A stretch of 64,000 nt of DNA from Lentisphaeria bacterium (GTDB taxonomy: Bacteria > Verrucomicrobiota > Lentisphaeria > Oligosphaerales > MVZH01), in the NCBI GenBank assembly GCA_032251435.1, contig JAVVEH010000005.1, positions 63,380-127,379 on the forward strand, in the 5' to 3' direction. Below, piece by piece: positions 25,414 through 34,837 of this stretch (the first letter of the stretch is position 1; each line of letters starts with the position of its first letter). Under the pieces are notes generated by a model. The model was not told the DNA's origin, did not search any database, and worked only from the letters and a program-made list of their open reading frames with translations. The position numbers and the translations under genes are program-made.

Positions 25414-26184
25414 TCACTCCCGGTTAAATTCCGGGAGGGTGCGCCATTCAACCCGGACACGCCTCCGCCCCAAAGGCAGATCTTCGCCTAAAAACCGCGG
25501 TGCGGACGGATCCAAGGTCTCGGCGATGGACAGAGCGGGGCCAAGGGCAAGTAAAACCGCTTGGTCCAGCTCTGGACTACCAGACGACTGATAAAGCAAC
25601 ATTCGGAGCGTTCCGCCGTCGTTGATAATATCAACTTGCGTCTCCGCCGTCGGGTTCACCTTTGCGGTGTCCATCTCTTTCAACCGGCCGTTAATGGCAG
25701 GCGGAGCCTCAATCATGGCGCCGTTACCCCACATCCATAACATGGTTTTCGGAGCGATCACCCTTCCGTCAGTCTCCTCACGCCGGAGACTGACACCGAT
25801 CTCGTCCGTGTCCACGGCCGGAGGAGACAGGCGAATCGGGGCGAAAGAAGCGGCCGGCATGTCGGGCGGAATCACCGGGACGGCACCTGGGGAAATCACC
25901 GGAATGGCGGTGTGAACCGGGGATAACCGATAGTCCATAGCGCTTGAAAACCCGTGGCGGTAGTCAGGTAAAGCGAACAAAGTCGGCGCATTCAAATCCG
26001 CCCAACTGACAATCTCCGGGGCAGCGAAATCCCCGGTCGAAAAAGCCATGACACACACCGATTCGTTCACCGCTTGCGCCGGTGTGTCCAAGTGATGACG
26101 AAACGTCCCCGGGATCATGACCAACCCATAAAACAATGTCACAATCATCACAACCGGAAAATAATTGAAAATAGAACGAAACAT
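25414..26184 (-). CDS. TonB-like energy transducer (divergent)
   Basis: 256 aa. N-terminal TM (FPVVMIVTLFYGLVMI), a Pro-rich middle (PVISPGAVPVIPPDMPAASFAPIRLSPPAV), and a C-terminus with a TonB_C-like segment (LLYQSSGSPELDQAVLLAL). Lies directly downstream of exbB-exbD. Confidence 0.55.
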   Translation of the reverse strand: MFRSIFNYFPVVMIVTLFYGLVMIPGTFRHHLDTPAQAVNESVCVMAFSTGDFAAPEIVSWADLNAPTLFALPDYRHGFSSAMDYRLSPVHTAIPVISPGAVPVIPPDMPAASFAPIRLSPPAVDTDEIGVSLRREETDGRVIAPKTMLWMWGNGAMIEAPPAINGRLKEMDTAKVNPTAETQVDIINDGGTLRMLLYQSSGSPELDQAVLLALGPALSIAETLDPSAPRFLGEDLPLGRRRVRVEWRTLPEFNRE

Positions 26185-26191
26185 GACACAC

Positions 26192-26752
26192 TCACGGTAG
26201 CACCGGGCCGGGAGGCGGCATCCGGTCTTCGTTTGACTCGGTCACGAGAAAGACCCCCAGGCCGAGTGAACGGCCCAAGGACATAACTTGAACAATCCGT
26301 TGATAGGGCACGGCGGCGTCCGCTCGAAGCACCAGTAAGGGGTTTTCCCGCAATCCTGTTTGCTTTTCCTCACGGGTGGCTATCCGCCCCATATCCAAGC
26401 GTCGCTCATGCACCGCCTGCCTTAACTTTTGTTCCAAATCCGGCCAGGTGACTTGGTTGTCATTAAAGAAAAGAAGCGAGCGGGATGTCGCCGCGGACGC
26501 GGGACCGTCTCCCCCCCCTGCGGATGGCGATATCCCTGACGGCGGGAGCCCGCCGGACTGTGTGATTGTCACGACAATTTTGGGCACCCCCCGCATTTCG
26601 GCCGCGGCGGCTTTAGGAAGTTGGACTTGAATTCCCGGCCGGAAAACAAGCGAACTGCCGATCAACATGAAAATAACCAGTAAAAAAAATAAATCAATCA
26701 ATGGGACTAGATCTAATTTTCCACAATAAATTTTCAAATTAGTTTTCGTCAT
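26192..26752 (-). CDS. exbD: Biopolymer transport protein ExbD/TolR
   Basis: 186 aa. LDLVPLIDLFFLLVIFMLIGSSLVF is the ExbD/TolR N-terminal TM signature. An unusual Gly/Pro/Ser insert follows (GGLPPSGISPSAGGGDGPASA). Overlaps exbB by 14 nt. Confidence 0.8.
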   Translation of the reverse strand: MTKTNLKIYCGKLDLVPLIDLFFLLVIFMLIGSSLVFRPGIQVQLPKAAAAEMRGVPKIVVTITQSGGLPPSGISPSAGGGDGPASAATSRSLLFFNDNQVTWPDLEQKLRQAVHERRLDMGRIATREEKQTGLRENPLLVLRADAAVPYQRIVQVMSLGRSLGLGVFLVTESNEDRMPPPGPVLP

Positions 26753-27428
26753 CGGTGTCCATTCCGAATCGGGCGGCGTTGGCGGCTAGGTCCGCGGCGT
26801 TGTCAATTTTCAATTCTGACCGCGTTAAATAATAGATCATTTCACTGGCGGCTTTATCCATGTCTAAAATCAAGGCTTCTATTTTTACGACAATGATATT
26901 ATAGAACATGTAAGACGGTATCGACACAACCAAGCCGGTCGCGGTGGTGACCAAGGCGTGAAGAACATGCGCGGCCAAGTCCGTTGACGTGACCAAATGG
27001 CCCTCCAAACGCATCACTTGAAACATCCCGATCATGCCCAAAACAGTCCCCAGCAATCCCAACAGAGGCGCCACATGCGCCACTGTGCCCAGAATTTTGA
27101 CATTTTTTTCCAGCCGCGGAACCTCCAGCAACTCAACATCACGCATCGCCTCCCGGAGCGACAGCTCGTCCTTGTCACAGCGTAAAATCGCCGCGCGCAG
27201 GATATGGGCGACGGGCCCGGGAGTCTCATCGCAGGTGGCGATCGCCTCAGCCAGACGGTTCCGTTTCAGCAAATTAGTCAACCCGCGGAGAAATTCCGGG
27301 ACATTGATCTTCGCCCGATGCAGATGCAGCATGCGCTCAACCACGATAAACAGGGAAACCAAACTGCACATAAAGATCATCACTAAAATAATGACGACTG
27401 ACGATGGGTATTCGGAAATGTCAAACAT
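26739..27428 (-). CDS. exbB: MotA/TolQ/ExbB proton-channel protein
   Basis: 229 aa, 3 TM helices. ILGTVAHVAPLLGLLGTVLGMIGMF is the conserved ExbB/TolQ motif. Confidence 0.85.
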   Translation of the reverse strand: MFDISEYPSSVVIILVMIFMCSLVSLFIVVERMLHLHRAKINVPEFLRGLTNLLKRNRLAEAIATCDETPGPVAHILRAAILRCDKDELSLREAMRDVELLEVPRLEKNVKILGTVAHVAPLLGLLGTVLGMIGMFQVMRLEGHLVTSTDLAAHVLHALVTTATGLVVSIPSYMFYNIIVVKIEALILDMDKAASEMIYYLTRSELKIDNAADLAANAARFGMDTDDEN

Positions 27429-27527
27429 GGAAAAACGCTTTCAATTTAATGGATGCCGGACCCCGAATATAATCCATGGAACCGGATTTTCCGGCCCAGT
27501 CAAAAAAGCCGGGAGAAATAAACGCTG

Positions 27528-29072
27528 TCAAGCCAGCGGATTGACCATCCGCATGGCTTCGGGAATTAACCCCGGCAAGTCGTCAGCGATCAAGCCGCGG
27601 ACTCCGCGGTCACTGATCTCACCGGCCAGGCCATGCAAAAACACGCCGCAGAGGGCGGCCTCCCAAGGAGGCAAACCGCATGCCGTGAACCCGCCAATCA
27701 TCCCCGCCAGAACATCGCCGGTGCCGGCGGTGGCCAAGGCGGTGTCACCCGTCGTGTTCATGGTCCAATCGCCCGTCGGCGACGCGACAAGGGTGCCGGC
27801 GCCTTTTAAAACCACAACACAGTCCGTCTCCGCGGCCAGTTGAACCGCCTGCTCCCACCGTGAAACCGGCATGGGCGCGGCGGCAAAAAAGCCGTGCCAC
27901 AACGCCTTAAACTCACCTGGATGAGGGGTCAGAATAACCGTGTTTTTCCGACCATGAAGCAGTTGTGGAAAACAGGCCAGCAACCGCAGAGCGTCCGCGT
28001 CAATCACCTTAGGGCAATCCCATCCCAGAATTTCCCCGAGCGCGGCCGCGCCACCCGGCGCCGCCGTCATGCCGCAGCCCGCCACCACAGCGTCAAAATC
28101 ATCCGCCATGGTGTGCAGTTCCCGAACCATCTCCGCGGAAAAACACCCGCTCCCGTGGTCGTCCAGCGCCCGGATCATCAGCGCCCGGCATCCGCGGTCC
28201 ACGGTGTGAGCCGCGGCGCTGGGCATGATGATGGTGACCAACCCGCACCCCGTCCGCAAGCCAGCTTCTCCGGCCAGCATCGGCGCTCCTGTATAGGTGG
28301 CGGAACCGCCCAAAACCCCCAAGGCGCCGAACACGCGTTTATGGCCGTCAAATGGCCGAGGCTTGAGAAACGGCGCGACATCCGCGGCGGTGATCACATC
28401 CAACGCGGATTCCGCGGATGCTGTCCGTTCTGGACTTAACCCAATGTCCACACACCGGACACGCCCGCGGCAAGCGGGCCCCTCACCCATGAAAAGGCCG
28501 GTTTTAGGCAACCCCATTGTCACGGTCAACGCCGCCTGAATAACTGGGCCAACGCCGACACCGTCATCACTGTTCAATCCGGAGGGGACATCCAAGGACA
28601 CGACCGGTAAACCGCTGGCGTTCACTTGCCTGATCCATCCCGCGACCGGTTGCCGGACGGCGCCGGAAATGCCCGTTCCCAGTAGAGCGTCGACAATCAG
28701 CGTGCCCGGGGCGAACGCGGTGGCGGGCAAAGCGCCTGTCAGGTGAGTGACAGTGACGGCATCCGGCAAACGCGCGGCGTTGCGCGCGGCATCTCCAGTC
28801 AACGCCTCCAGTGGGCACGAACTGACCACCGTGACCGGCCAGCCGCACGCGGCGGCCAAGCGCCCGACCACATAGCCATCGCCTCCGTTATTGCCTTTTC
28901 CGCAAAGGATTAACAACCGCTCGACCGCGGCTTTGGGCAAGTGCCGGATCCAGGCGCGGATCGCATCAAAAGCGCCTCGTCCGGCCCGCTCCATCAACAC
29001 GTCACCGGAAGTGCCCGCGGCTATCTCGCCGGCATCCAGCTCCCGCATGATTTGGCCCGTGACCGCTTTCAA
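27528..29072 (-). CDS. nnr: Bifunctional NAD(P)H-hydrate repair enzyme (epimerase + ADP-dependent dehydratase)
   Basis: 514 aa. YjeF_N motif LILCGKGNNGGDGYV and a C-terminal carbohydrate-kinase domain with ATAGTGDVLAGMIGG. Confidence 0.9.
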   Translation of the reverse strand: MKAVTGQIMRELDAGEIAAGTSGDVLMERAGRGAFDAIRAWIRHLPKAAVERLLILCGKGNNGGDGYVVGRLAAACGWPVTVVSSCPLEALTGDAARNAARLPDAVTVTHLTGALPATAFAPGTLIVDALLGTGISGAVRQPVAGWIRQVNASGLPVVSLDVPSGLNSDDGVGVGPVIQAALTVTMGLPKTGLFMGEGPACRGRVRCVDIGLSPERTASAESALDVITAADVAPFLKPRPFDGHKRVFGALGVLGGSATYTGAPMLAGEAGLRTGCGLVTIIMPSAAAHTVDRGCRALMIRALDDHGSGCFSAEMVRELHTMADDFDAVVAGCGMTAAPGGAAALGEILGWDCPKVIDADALRLLACFPQLLHGRKNTVILTPHPGEFKALWHGFFAAAPMPVSRWEQAVQLAAETDCVVVLKGAGTLVASPTGDWTMNTTGDTALATAGTGDVLAGMIGGFTACGLPPWEAALCGVFLHGLAGEISDRGVRGLIADDLPGLIPEAMRMVNPLA

Positions 29073-29073
29073 T

Positions 29074-29826
29074 CTATCCCGCCACTTCGTCCATTAAGGC
29101 GTCGGTCATTTCAAAATTAGCGACTACTTCCTGGACATCATCATCATCTTCCAACACGTCAATCAAGCGCATCAGTTGCTTTGCGGTTGACACATCCGTC
29201 ACCGGTGTGGTGTTTTCCGGAATCAAACGCATGGCGGATTCCTCGGCCTTGATTCCCGCTTTTTCCAACGCGTCAGCGATTTCAGCGAAAGCTGTCGGGG
29301 GCGCCAGAATTTCCGCCACACCGTCCTCGACTGTCACATCTTCCACATCCACATCCGCTTCCATCAGGATTTCCAGCAAGGTTTCTTCTTCCACATCCAC
29401 CACAGTGAACAACGCTTTGCGATGAAACTGCCACGACACCGCGCCGGCGCCCGCCAAGTTTCCGTTATATTTATTAAACGCGGCCCGGACGTTCGCCGCG
29501 GTCCGGTTACGGTTATCTGTCAGACAGTTGGCGATTAGCGCCACGCCACCGGGCCCGTACCCCTCGTAATTCAATTCCTCCAACGGCCCGCCAGCCAATT
29601 CCCCGGTCCCCTTTTTCACAGCCCGGTCAATATTGTCATTCGGCATATTGGCGTTTTTGGCCGCGATAATCGCCGCCCGCAAAGGCGGATTCAAATCGGC
29701 GTCCCCTCCCCCGGCCCGGGCCGCGATGGTAATATCTTTTCCCAACCGACTGAATATTTTCCCCCGCTTGGCGTCCGCCGCGCCTTTTTTATGCTTAATC
29801 GTCGACCACTTGCTATGTCCGGACAT
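29074..29826 (-). CDS. yebC: YebC/PmpR-family DNA-binding regulator
   Basis: 250 aa from MSGHSKWSTIKHKKGAADAKRGKIFSRLGK (canonical family N-terminus), with AAGGAG 7 nt upstream. The 77 extra N-terminal codons in the track ORF cover the hairpin and heptamer repeat and look non-coding. Confidence 0.9.
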   Translation of the reverse strand: MSGHSKWSTIKHKKGAADAKRGKIFSRLGKDITIAARAGGGDADLNPPLRAAIIAAKNANMPNDNIDRAVKKGTGELAGGPLEELNYEGYGPGGVALIANCLTDNRNRTAANVRAAFNKYNGNLAGAGAVSWQFHRKALFTVVDVEEETLLEILMEADVDVEDVTVEDGVAEILAPPTAFAEIADALEKAGIKAEESAMRLIPENTTPVTDVSTAKQLMRLIDVLEDDDDVQEVVANFEMTDALMDEVAG

Positions 29827-29946
29827 CAGAAAACTCCTTTTAAATGACCCACCGCGCGGGACAGACCCGCGGCAGTGAAACGAATCATGAACGCAGACAC
29901 GTAATATAGCAGGCCACTCAAATTTCGCTGGTCGCCCGGAACCTTG

Positions 29947-30000
29947 CGGCAGCAATGAAGAGTCATTGCTGCCGTTGATTCGTGATTCGTGATTCGTGAT
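29947..30000. repeat. Perfect 12-bp hairpin followed by a GATTCGT heptamer tandem (3.4 copies)
   Basis: CGGCAGCAATGA (29947-29958) agag TCATTGCTGCCG (29963-29974), then gattcgt gattcgt gattcgt gat (29977-30000). Located between the yebC promoter region and the IS debris. Confidence 0.9.
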
Positions 30001-30107
30001 AGGTGGTTTTTTCTTGCAGGCAGAAGCGGATCCCCCCTTTATCCGGTGGATTGTCATGCTATGTTTTCACTGCGGTTCGAACTGGATACTCGCCTGCGGC
30101 GTATCTG

Positions 30108-30964
30108 TCAGGATGTGTCGAACACGAAGCGCAGTTGGATTCCGCGTGCGAAGTCGCGGCCGAGGACCTTCCATCCGACACACCCATGTCGGAGGTATTC
30201 CCCGATTGCTTTCGCCAGGCAGATGTTGAGCAGTGTCTCGTTGGCATACAGGGAGTCAAGCAGCAGGCAGACAGGCAGACGGGGAAACTGGCGCTTCAAC
30301 TCCAGGGCCATGCGGTAGAAGCCCTTCAGTTCACAGTCCTGCTTGTCATATTCTTCTCCGCCGTTTTCGATGAACTCTGAGAGCGGAGACAGCGCCAGGT
30401 TCTCCCTGGTTCTGCCCTTTTTGCGCTCCTTCTCGAAGTGTCGGCGGGAACCCGGCAGAGAAAGAACCATCAGCAGCCCCAGTCCGACCAGATGGCGAAG
30501 ACTGTACCATATGAGCTCCGGATCACGGAAGTCCGGCAGGGTGTCAACCTGCTCCCAGAAGTCGGGGAAGCAGCGGTTCAGAATGACCGGGACGTATTCG
30601 AGGGGGTTGGTTTCAGGCGGCTCTTGTTTCTGCTTCGGGCGCGGGCGGCGGGGGCGTGCAGCCGGATCAGTTTTTCGCCCAGTTCGTCTATCTCCTTCAG
30701 GAGCCGCTTTATTTTCTTTCGCTCTCTTACCCAACTGTCAACTTCCTCGACTAGTTCGACCGGGACATAGACCGACTTCGTCTTCCCTCTGACCTTCGAT
30801 GTCAGCAGGTGGGCCGTGTGCCGGGCCGACGGGGTGTCCGCGCACCGGCAGTTTTCACGTCCGCACTTTCTCGCGATCTTCGCTTGACCTCCCCTGACTT
30901 CGGCCCGCACTACCGGGGCAATATAAATCAGATCATCAATCACAATCGCCAGACGTTTCCCCAT
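30108..30964 (-). mobile_element. Degraded IS transposase gene (frameshifted and 3'-truncated)
   Basis: Two overlapping minus-strand ORFs in different frames (30578-30964 and 30108-30734). The upstream one has a zinc-ribbon-like CGRENCRCA..GKTKSVYVP module seen at the N-termini of some transposases. The downstream one has an F..LPDFRDPE..YSL..L transposase-associated motif and a DDE-like LLLDSLYA, but stops after about 200 aa. No flanking inverted repeats identified. Confidence 0.6.
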
Positions 30965-31016
30965 TCGCCTGCGAGTCAGATTCGCAAACTCGCGCGTTCC
31001 CTGTTCGGAAAAAGGG

Positions 31017-31616
31017 TTACATTAAAAATGTATGACTCCTCCTGAAATTCATGGTGTAGTTTCGCATGTTGCCGAACGCAGCACAAACATCGAAGCCATG
31101 TCGGCAGACCAGCGATTCAAGCTCTTCGCGGCGGAGTTTGTCCGGATCACCAGCCAGTTCGGAAATGGACAAAATGCCATCCTCTTTGAGTATACTGTGG
31201 ATTTCCCGAAGATAGCTGTCTTTATTCGCCACCTCGCCGATAACTGTCACCATAAAAACACGGTCGAAACGGTTGGCTTCAAGTCCCAGGCTCGCTCCAT
31301 CCGTCATTACGTATTCAACATTCGCGATCCCTCGTTTCTCCAGCCGCCGTCGGCACATGTCCAGCATCTCCTGCTGGAGATCAAGCAGAACCAGCGTGCC
31401 CTGGCGCAAGTGTCTGGCGACAGGCACACTGAAATAGCCGGGGCCCGGACCAATCTCCAATACGGTGTGACTCTCCTGAAGTTCCAGGCGCTTGATCAGT
31501 TTTCCCGGCGACAGAAAAATGTTCCGGAGGGGAAGAAGAAGAGTAAAGGCGTATTTTGGCGGAAAAACACCCTTGCTGGAAAAACTGCGCTTCTGGGATG
31601 ATTGTGTCTCAGTCAT
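31017..31616 (-). CDS. Class I SAM-dependent methyltransferase
   Basis: 199 aa. Motif I VLEIGPGPGYFS, then the acidic LVLLDLQQEM and VFMVTVIGEV segments. Confidence 0.8.
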   Translation of the reverse strand: MTETQSSQKRSFSSKGVFPPKYAFTLLLPLRNIFLSPGKLIKRLELQESHTVLEIGPGPGYFSVPVARHLRQGTLVLLDLQQEMLDMCRRRLEKRGIANVEYVMTDGASLGLEANRFDRVFMVTVIGEVANKDSYLREIHSILKEDGILSISELAGDPDKLRREELESLVCRHGFDVCAAFGNMRNYTMNFRRSHTFLM

Positions 31617-31740
31617 ATTGTTGCATTATCCCGTGCGGACAGGAACGGGAATGTCCGCGTCACCTTGCCGCCGCCCTGCGGCATGCGTCACTCCGCCCCC
31701 CCCTGTATGAGTACCGGGCATTTGCTGGTTCAGTGTCCGC

Positions 31741-32817
31741 CTATGGCTTCTTCACACTCTTCTTGGCGGTCTTGATGAACCGGCCGAATGATCTGTCCTT
31801 CTTCCGCTTCTCGACGTGCGAGAGATCATGGAACTCGGTTTCTTTTCTGAGTTTGAGATAGCTCCGGTATCGGTCTTCACTGAGAGTCCCATTGTCCTTG
31901 GCCAGGAGAACTGAGCATCCAGGTTCATCCGTGTGGGTGCAATCCGCGAAGCGGCAGCTCGCAGAGTGCTCGTGGATATCGGCGAACGTGTCGTCCAGCC
32001 CGTCGCCTGCTCCAATAAGCCCCAACTCGCGCATCCCCGGCGTATCGATCAACATGGAACCACCATCCAACACAAGCAACTGGCGTCGGGAAGTGGTGTG
32101 GACACCTTCTCCCGTCCCGCTGACAGATTTCGTGTCAAGTTCGTCACGGCCAGTCAATCGGTTGACAAGTGTGGTCTTTCCAACTCCCGAGGAGCCAAGC
32201 AGACAATGTGTTCGTCCGGGGAGGAGAAGCGCGCGCAACTCGTCCAAGCCTGCGCCCGTTATATTGCTAAGAGCCACGAGGTTGGTGAAGGCGCGCTGGT
32301 GCCTGACTTGCTCGACAGTATGATCGAGTTCGCCAGGCGACATGAGGTCTGTCTTGGTCAGCAGTATCCACGTCTCAATCGCGCCCTCGTTGGCCATCAA
32401 AAGGTATCGGTCGAGCCTCGCCAGGTTGAAATCATAGCCGCAAGACTGAACGATGAAGGCGACATCAATGTTCGCCGCGATCATCTGGTAATCCACGCTC
32501 CTGCCGGGGCGCTTGCGGTGCAGGAAGGTCTTCCTCGGGACAACGCTGTGAACAATGGCGGGGCCGCCAGAGGCGTGGCATTGCACACACACCCAGTCCC
32601 CCACGCACGGTAGATCGGCGGCGGACTCAACTGCGAAACGAAACTTGCCAGCGAGTTCCGCGGGAACCTCGCCGTCCTGATGTCGGACAACAAAGGCACC
32701 CCGGTCGACAGCCGTGACGCGCGCCATGCGCTGTCCCGGTTGAAGGATGGCGGCGGAACATCGCTCAAACCAGTCGTCAAATCCTAGAGCAGTCAATTTC
32801 ATAGTCTTCTCTGGCAC
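31741..32817 (-). CDS. rsgA: Ribosome small-subunit-dependent GTPase A
   Basis: 358 aa. OB-fold N-terminus and a circularly permuted GTPase (LLTKTDL, GSSGVGKTTLVNRL, DTPG). C-terminal zinc knuckle CRFADCTHTDEPGCSV. Confidence 0.9.
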   Translation of the reverse strand: MPEKTMKLTALGFDDWFERCSAAILQPGQRMARVTAVDRGAFVVRHQDGEVPAELAGKFRFAVESAADLPCVGDWVCVQCHASGGPAIVHSVVPRKTFLHRKRPGRSVDYQMIAANIDVAFIVQSCGYDFNLARLDRYLLMANEGAIETWILLTKTDLMSPGELDHTVEQVRHQRAFTNLVALSNITGAGLDELRALLLPGRTHCLLGSSGVGKTTLVNRLTGRDELDTKSVSGTGEGVHTTSRRQLLVLDGGSMLIDTPGMRELGLIGAGDGLDDTFADIHEHSASCRFADCTHTDEPGCSVLLAKDNGTLSEDRYRSYLKLRKETEFHDLSHVEKRKKDRSFGRFIKTAKKSVKKP

Positions 32818-33177
32818 CGAACAAACTATTCACCCCAATCGTCCGATATTCTTCCGAGGGATTGGTGTCTCCGAAAGCGGCGGGGGTACAGTATGTTTTT
32901 ATCCGGCGATTGCAAGCCGTTCTTTTTGCTATGCCGGGTTGCCGCAGGCGGCCATTGTTGGTTGGAACCCTTTTTTGCGCCGCCCGCGGTCCTGGCTAAA
33001 CACCATCCAGTCGGCATCTTAACTGATCCGGCTGGATGTGAAGCCAGAAACGTTACATGCAATTTTTTCCCTTACAATGTTACTTCTAAGGCTAAATAGC
33101 GACAATTACAAAAGCCATAAAGCGTTTTTATGATAATTTTAAATTTTTAAAATATGTGTCCGACCCCTATATCTAAG

Positions 33178-33212
33178 AATAAAAAAAGGCTTCCCAGAAG
33201 GAAAGCCTTTGA
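33178..33212 (-). terminator. Intrinsic terminator downstream of tRNA-Val
   Basis: Minus strand: AAAGGCTTTCC-ttctg-GGAAGCCTTT followed by a T-run (the + strand A-run at 33180-33187). Begins 6 nt after the tRNA 3' end. Confidence 0.75.
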
Positions 33213-33217
33213 AAAAA

Positions 33218-33294
33218 TGGTGGGCGGCGAGGGACTCGAACCCCCGACCCTTTGGGTGTAAACCAAATGCTCTAGCCAACTGAGCTAGCCGCCC
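33218..33294 (-). tRNA. tRNA-Val (anticodon UAC), CCA encoded
   Basis: Reverse complement folds as a cloverleaf: acceptor GGGCGGC/GCCGCCC, D-arm GCTC-AGTTGGCTA-GAGC, anticodon arm TTTGG-TTTACAC-CCAAA, T-arm GGGGG-TTCGAGT-CCCTC, discriminator A + CCA. Total 77 nt. Confidence 0.95.
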
Positions 33295-33377
33295 GGAAAA
33301 TGGCGTAACTATAATGGTGGATTGTTATTTAACCAGTCCGGAAACGACGCTCATTGACACCTTTCCGGCCGTCGCTC

Positions 33378-34049
33378 TTAACTCATCAGCCGCCGGACTT
33401 CAGGCAAGAGAACGTCCGCCCAGCGGTGATAACTTTTCATCGACAAATGGAGAAAGTCCGGCATGGTGCTCACAGCGATAGTCCCGTCGTCCTCCAGAAA
33501 CAAATGGTTCACATCAATGAGGGTGACCCCGGCTTCTCCCTTCAGAGACGAAATGGACTGGTTCAAGGCGGCGATTTCGCGGCGGAATGGCGTGCCGGCT
33601 TCCTGATCGCGGGGAAACACTTTATGTAACAAAATGGCCGTTTCCGGCATTTTCTCACGTAAGGTGTTGACCAAAAGCTTGATCCCCTCGGCTGTGTCCA
33701 AACCGGAATGACCGGCGTTCCCGATATTGTTCGTGCCAATCAGCAGAACAACCAGCGCCGGAGACAACCCGTCCACTTCCCCGTTCAGCACCCGCCAAAG
33801 CACATGCTGCACCTCGTCGCCACCAATGCCGAAGTTCACTCCGCCCAAGGGCGCGAAGGCCGCGTCCCAGGCTTTTTTCCCGGCCCCTGACCAGCCTTGC
33901 GTGATGGAATCCCCCAGGAACAGCAACGGAATGCGTTTATCCTCAGCCAGCCTGAGAAACTCTCTGTGTTGGCTCAGCCATTCCTCCGGGGATTTCCACT
34001 CTTTATCCTGAATTTCAGGAACAATCGGACTGCTCATCAAAAACTCCAA
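33378..34049 (-). CDS. SGNH/GDSL-family hydrolase (PAF-acetylhydrolase-like esterase)
   Basis: 223 aa. Block I LLFLGDSITQGW, block III LLIGTNN, and a C-terminal D..H (DFLHLS). Confidence 0.8.
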   Translation of the reverse strand: MEFLMSSPIVPEIQDKEWKSPEEWLSQHREFLRLAEDKRIPLLFLGDSITQGWSGAGKKAWDAAFAPLGGVNFGIGGDEVQHVLWRVLNGEVDGLSPALVVLLIGTNNIGNAGHSGLDTAEGIKLLVNTLREKMPETAILLHKVFPRDQEAGTPFRREIAALNQSISSLKGEAGVTLIDVNHLFLEDDGTIAVSTMPDFLHLSMKSYHRWADVLLPEVRRLMS

Positions 34050-34051
34050 AA

Positions 34052-34837
34052 TTATTCAACGGGTTGTTCAGCTTCTTCTGAATATTCAGCGGTTTCTGTC
34101 CCGGCGGCGGAGCCGTCCCCAGTTTCACCCGGTGGATTGACAGCGTTTTCAAGCCGCTCCAAAATCGCGGCCGAGCCCGTGAAAATCCATTCGTCCAGCA
34201 AGGCTTTCCCCGATTTTCCATCGATGTCATACAGCACATAGGCGATGGATTTACGGTCCCACTTTTTCTTATCAAAACCCGTGATCGTTGAAAAAGGAAT
34301 CGCTTTGCCGTCAAGCGTGTGAAAAACGGACTCATCCACCCAGGCGGTTTTCGGCAGGTTGCGGATCAACCGAAAAAGAATCACCAGTCCCACTGGCAGA
34401 CATACCGCCGCCATAAGCAGTTGCGTCCGCAAATCCCATTCACTGTGAATCATGTCAACCAGCATCACCGGCCCTGGAATGTCCGCGACCATGTCACCCC
34501 GCCCGCGGACGATCAATTTACTCTGATCCATGTCTTTCCAGCCACGCTTCGCCCACCAGCCTTTCCGGCGTTGCTTCCAATCTGAATTCCAGCGCTCGCT
34601 CGCCCCGGCGAACGTTTTCCGCAGAGCCTCCTCCTGCCCAGGGCCATAGACCGTTTTCAACTCATCCGCGGGTACACCCGCATGGTCCGCGAGAAACGCG
34701 CGGAAATCACGGTTGACCGCCGGGTAACGGACCTTGCCGTCATAAACACTCATCGCTCCGAAGGCAAGAAACGCGGTTCCGGCGATCACCATGCGGATCA
34801 CCCAGCTTTTACTTATTTTTGTATCCAGTTTTTCCAT
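34052..34837 (-). CDS. Hypothetical membrane protein (2 TM)
   Basis: 261 aa from MEKLDTKISKSW (GGAG upstream). TM helices VIRMVIAGTAFLAFGAMSV and LLMAAVCLPVGLVILFRLI. The stop lies 2 nt before the GDSL gene start, which suggests an operon. No family recognised. Confidence 0.55.
   Translation of the reverse strand: MEKLDTKISKSWVIRMVIAGTAFLAFGAMSVYDGKVRYPAVNRDFRAFLADHAGVPADELKTVYGPGQEEALRKTFAGASERWNSDWKQRRKGWWAKRGWKDMDQSKLIVRGRGDMVADIPGPVMLVDMIHSEWDLRTQLLMAAVCLPVGLVILFRLIRNLPKTAWVDESVFHTLDGKAIPFSTITGFDKKKWDRKSIAYVLYDIDGKSGKALLDEWIFTGSAAILERLENAVNPPGETGDGSAAGTETAEYSEEAEQPVE

Noticed and set aside
29827-30057. N-terminal 77-codon extension of the yebC ORF, and similar extensions of the ORFs starting at 19156, 20292, 35263, 35044, 51250, 61581, 13763 and 25460
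   Set aside because: The conserved family N-termini and the SD sequences sit at internal Met codons. The extensions run through repeats, terminators or neighbouring genes.
30060-30100. GGTTCGAAC segment reminiscent of a tRNA T-arm (possible att or tRNA fragment)
   Set aside because: The flanks do not form a T-stem and do not match the tRNA-Val 3' end.
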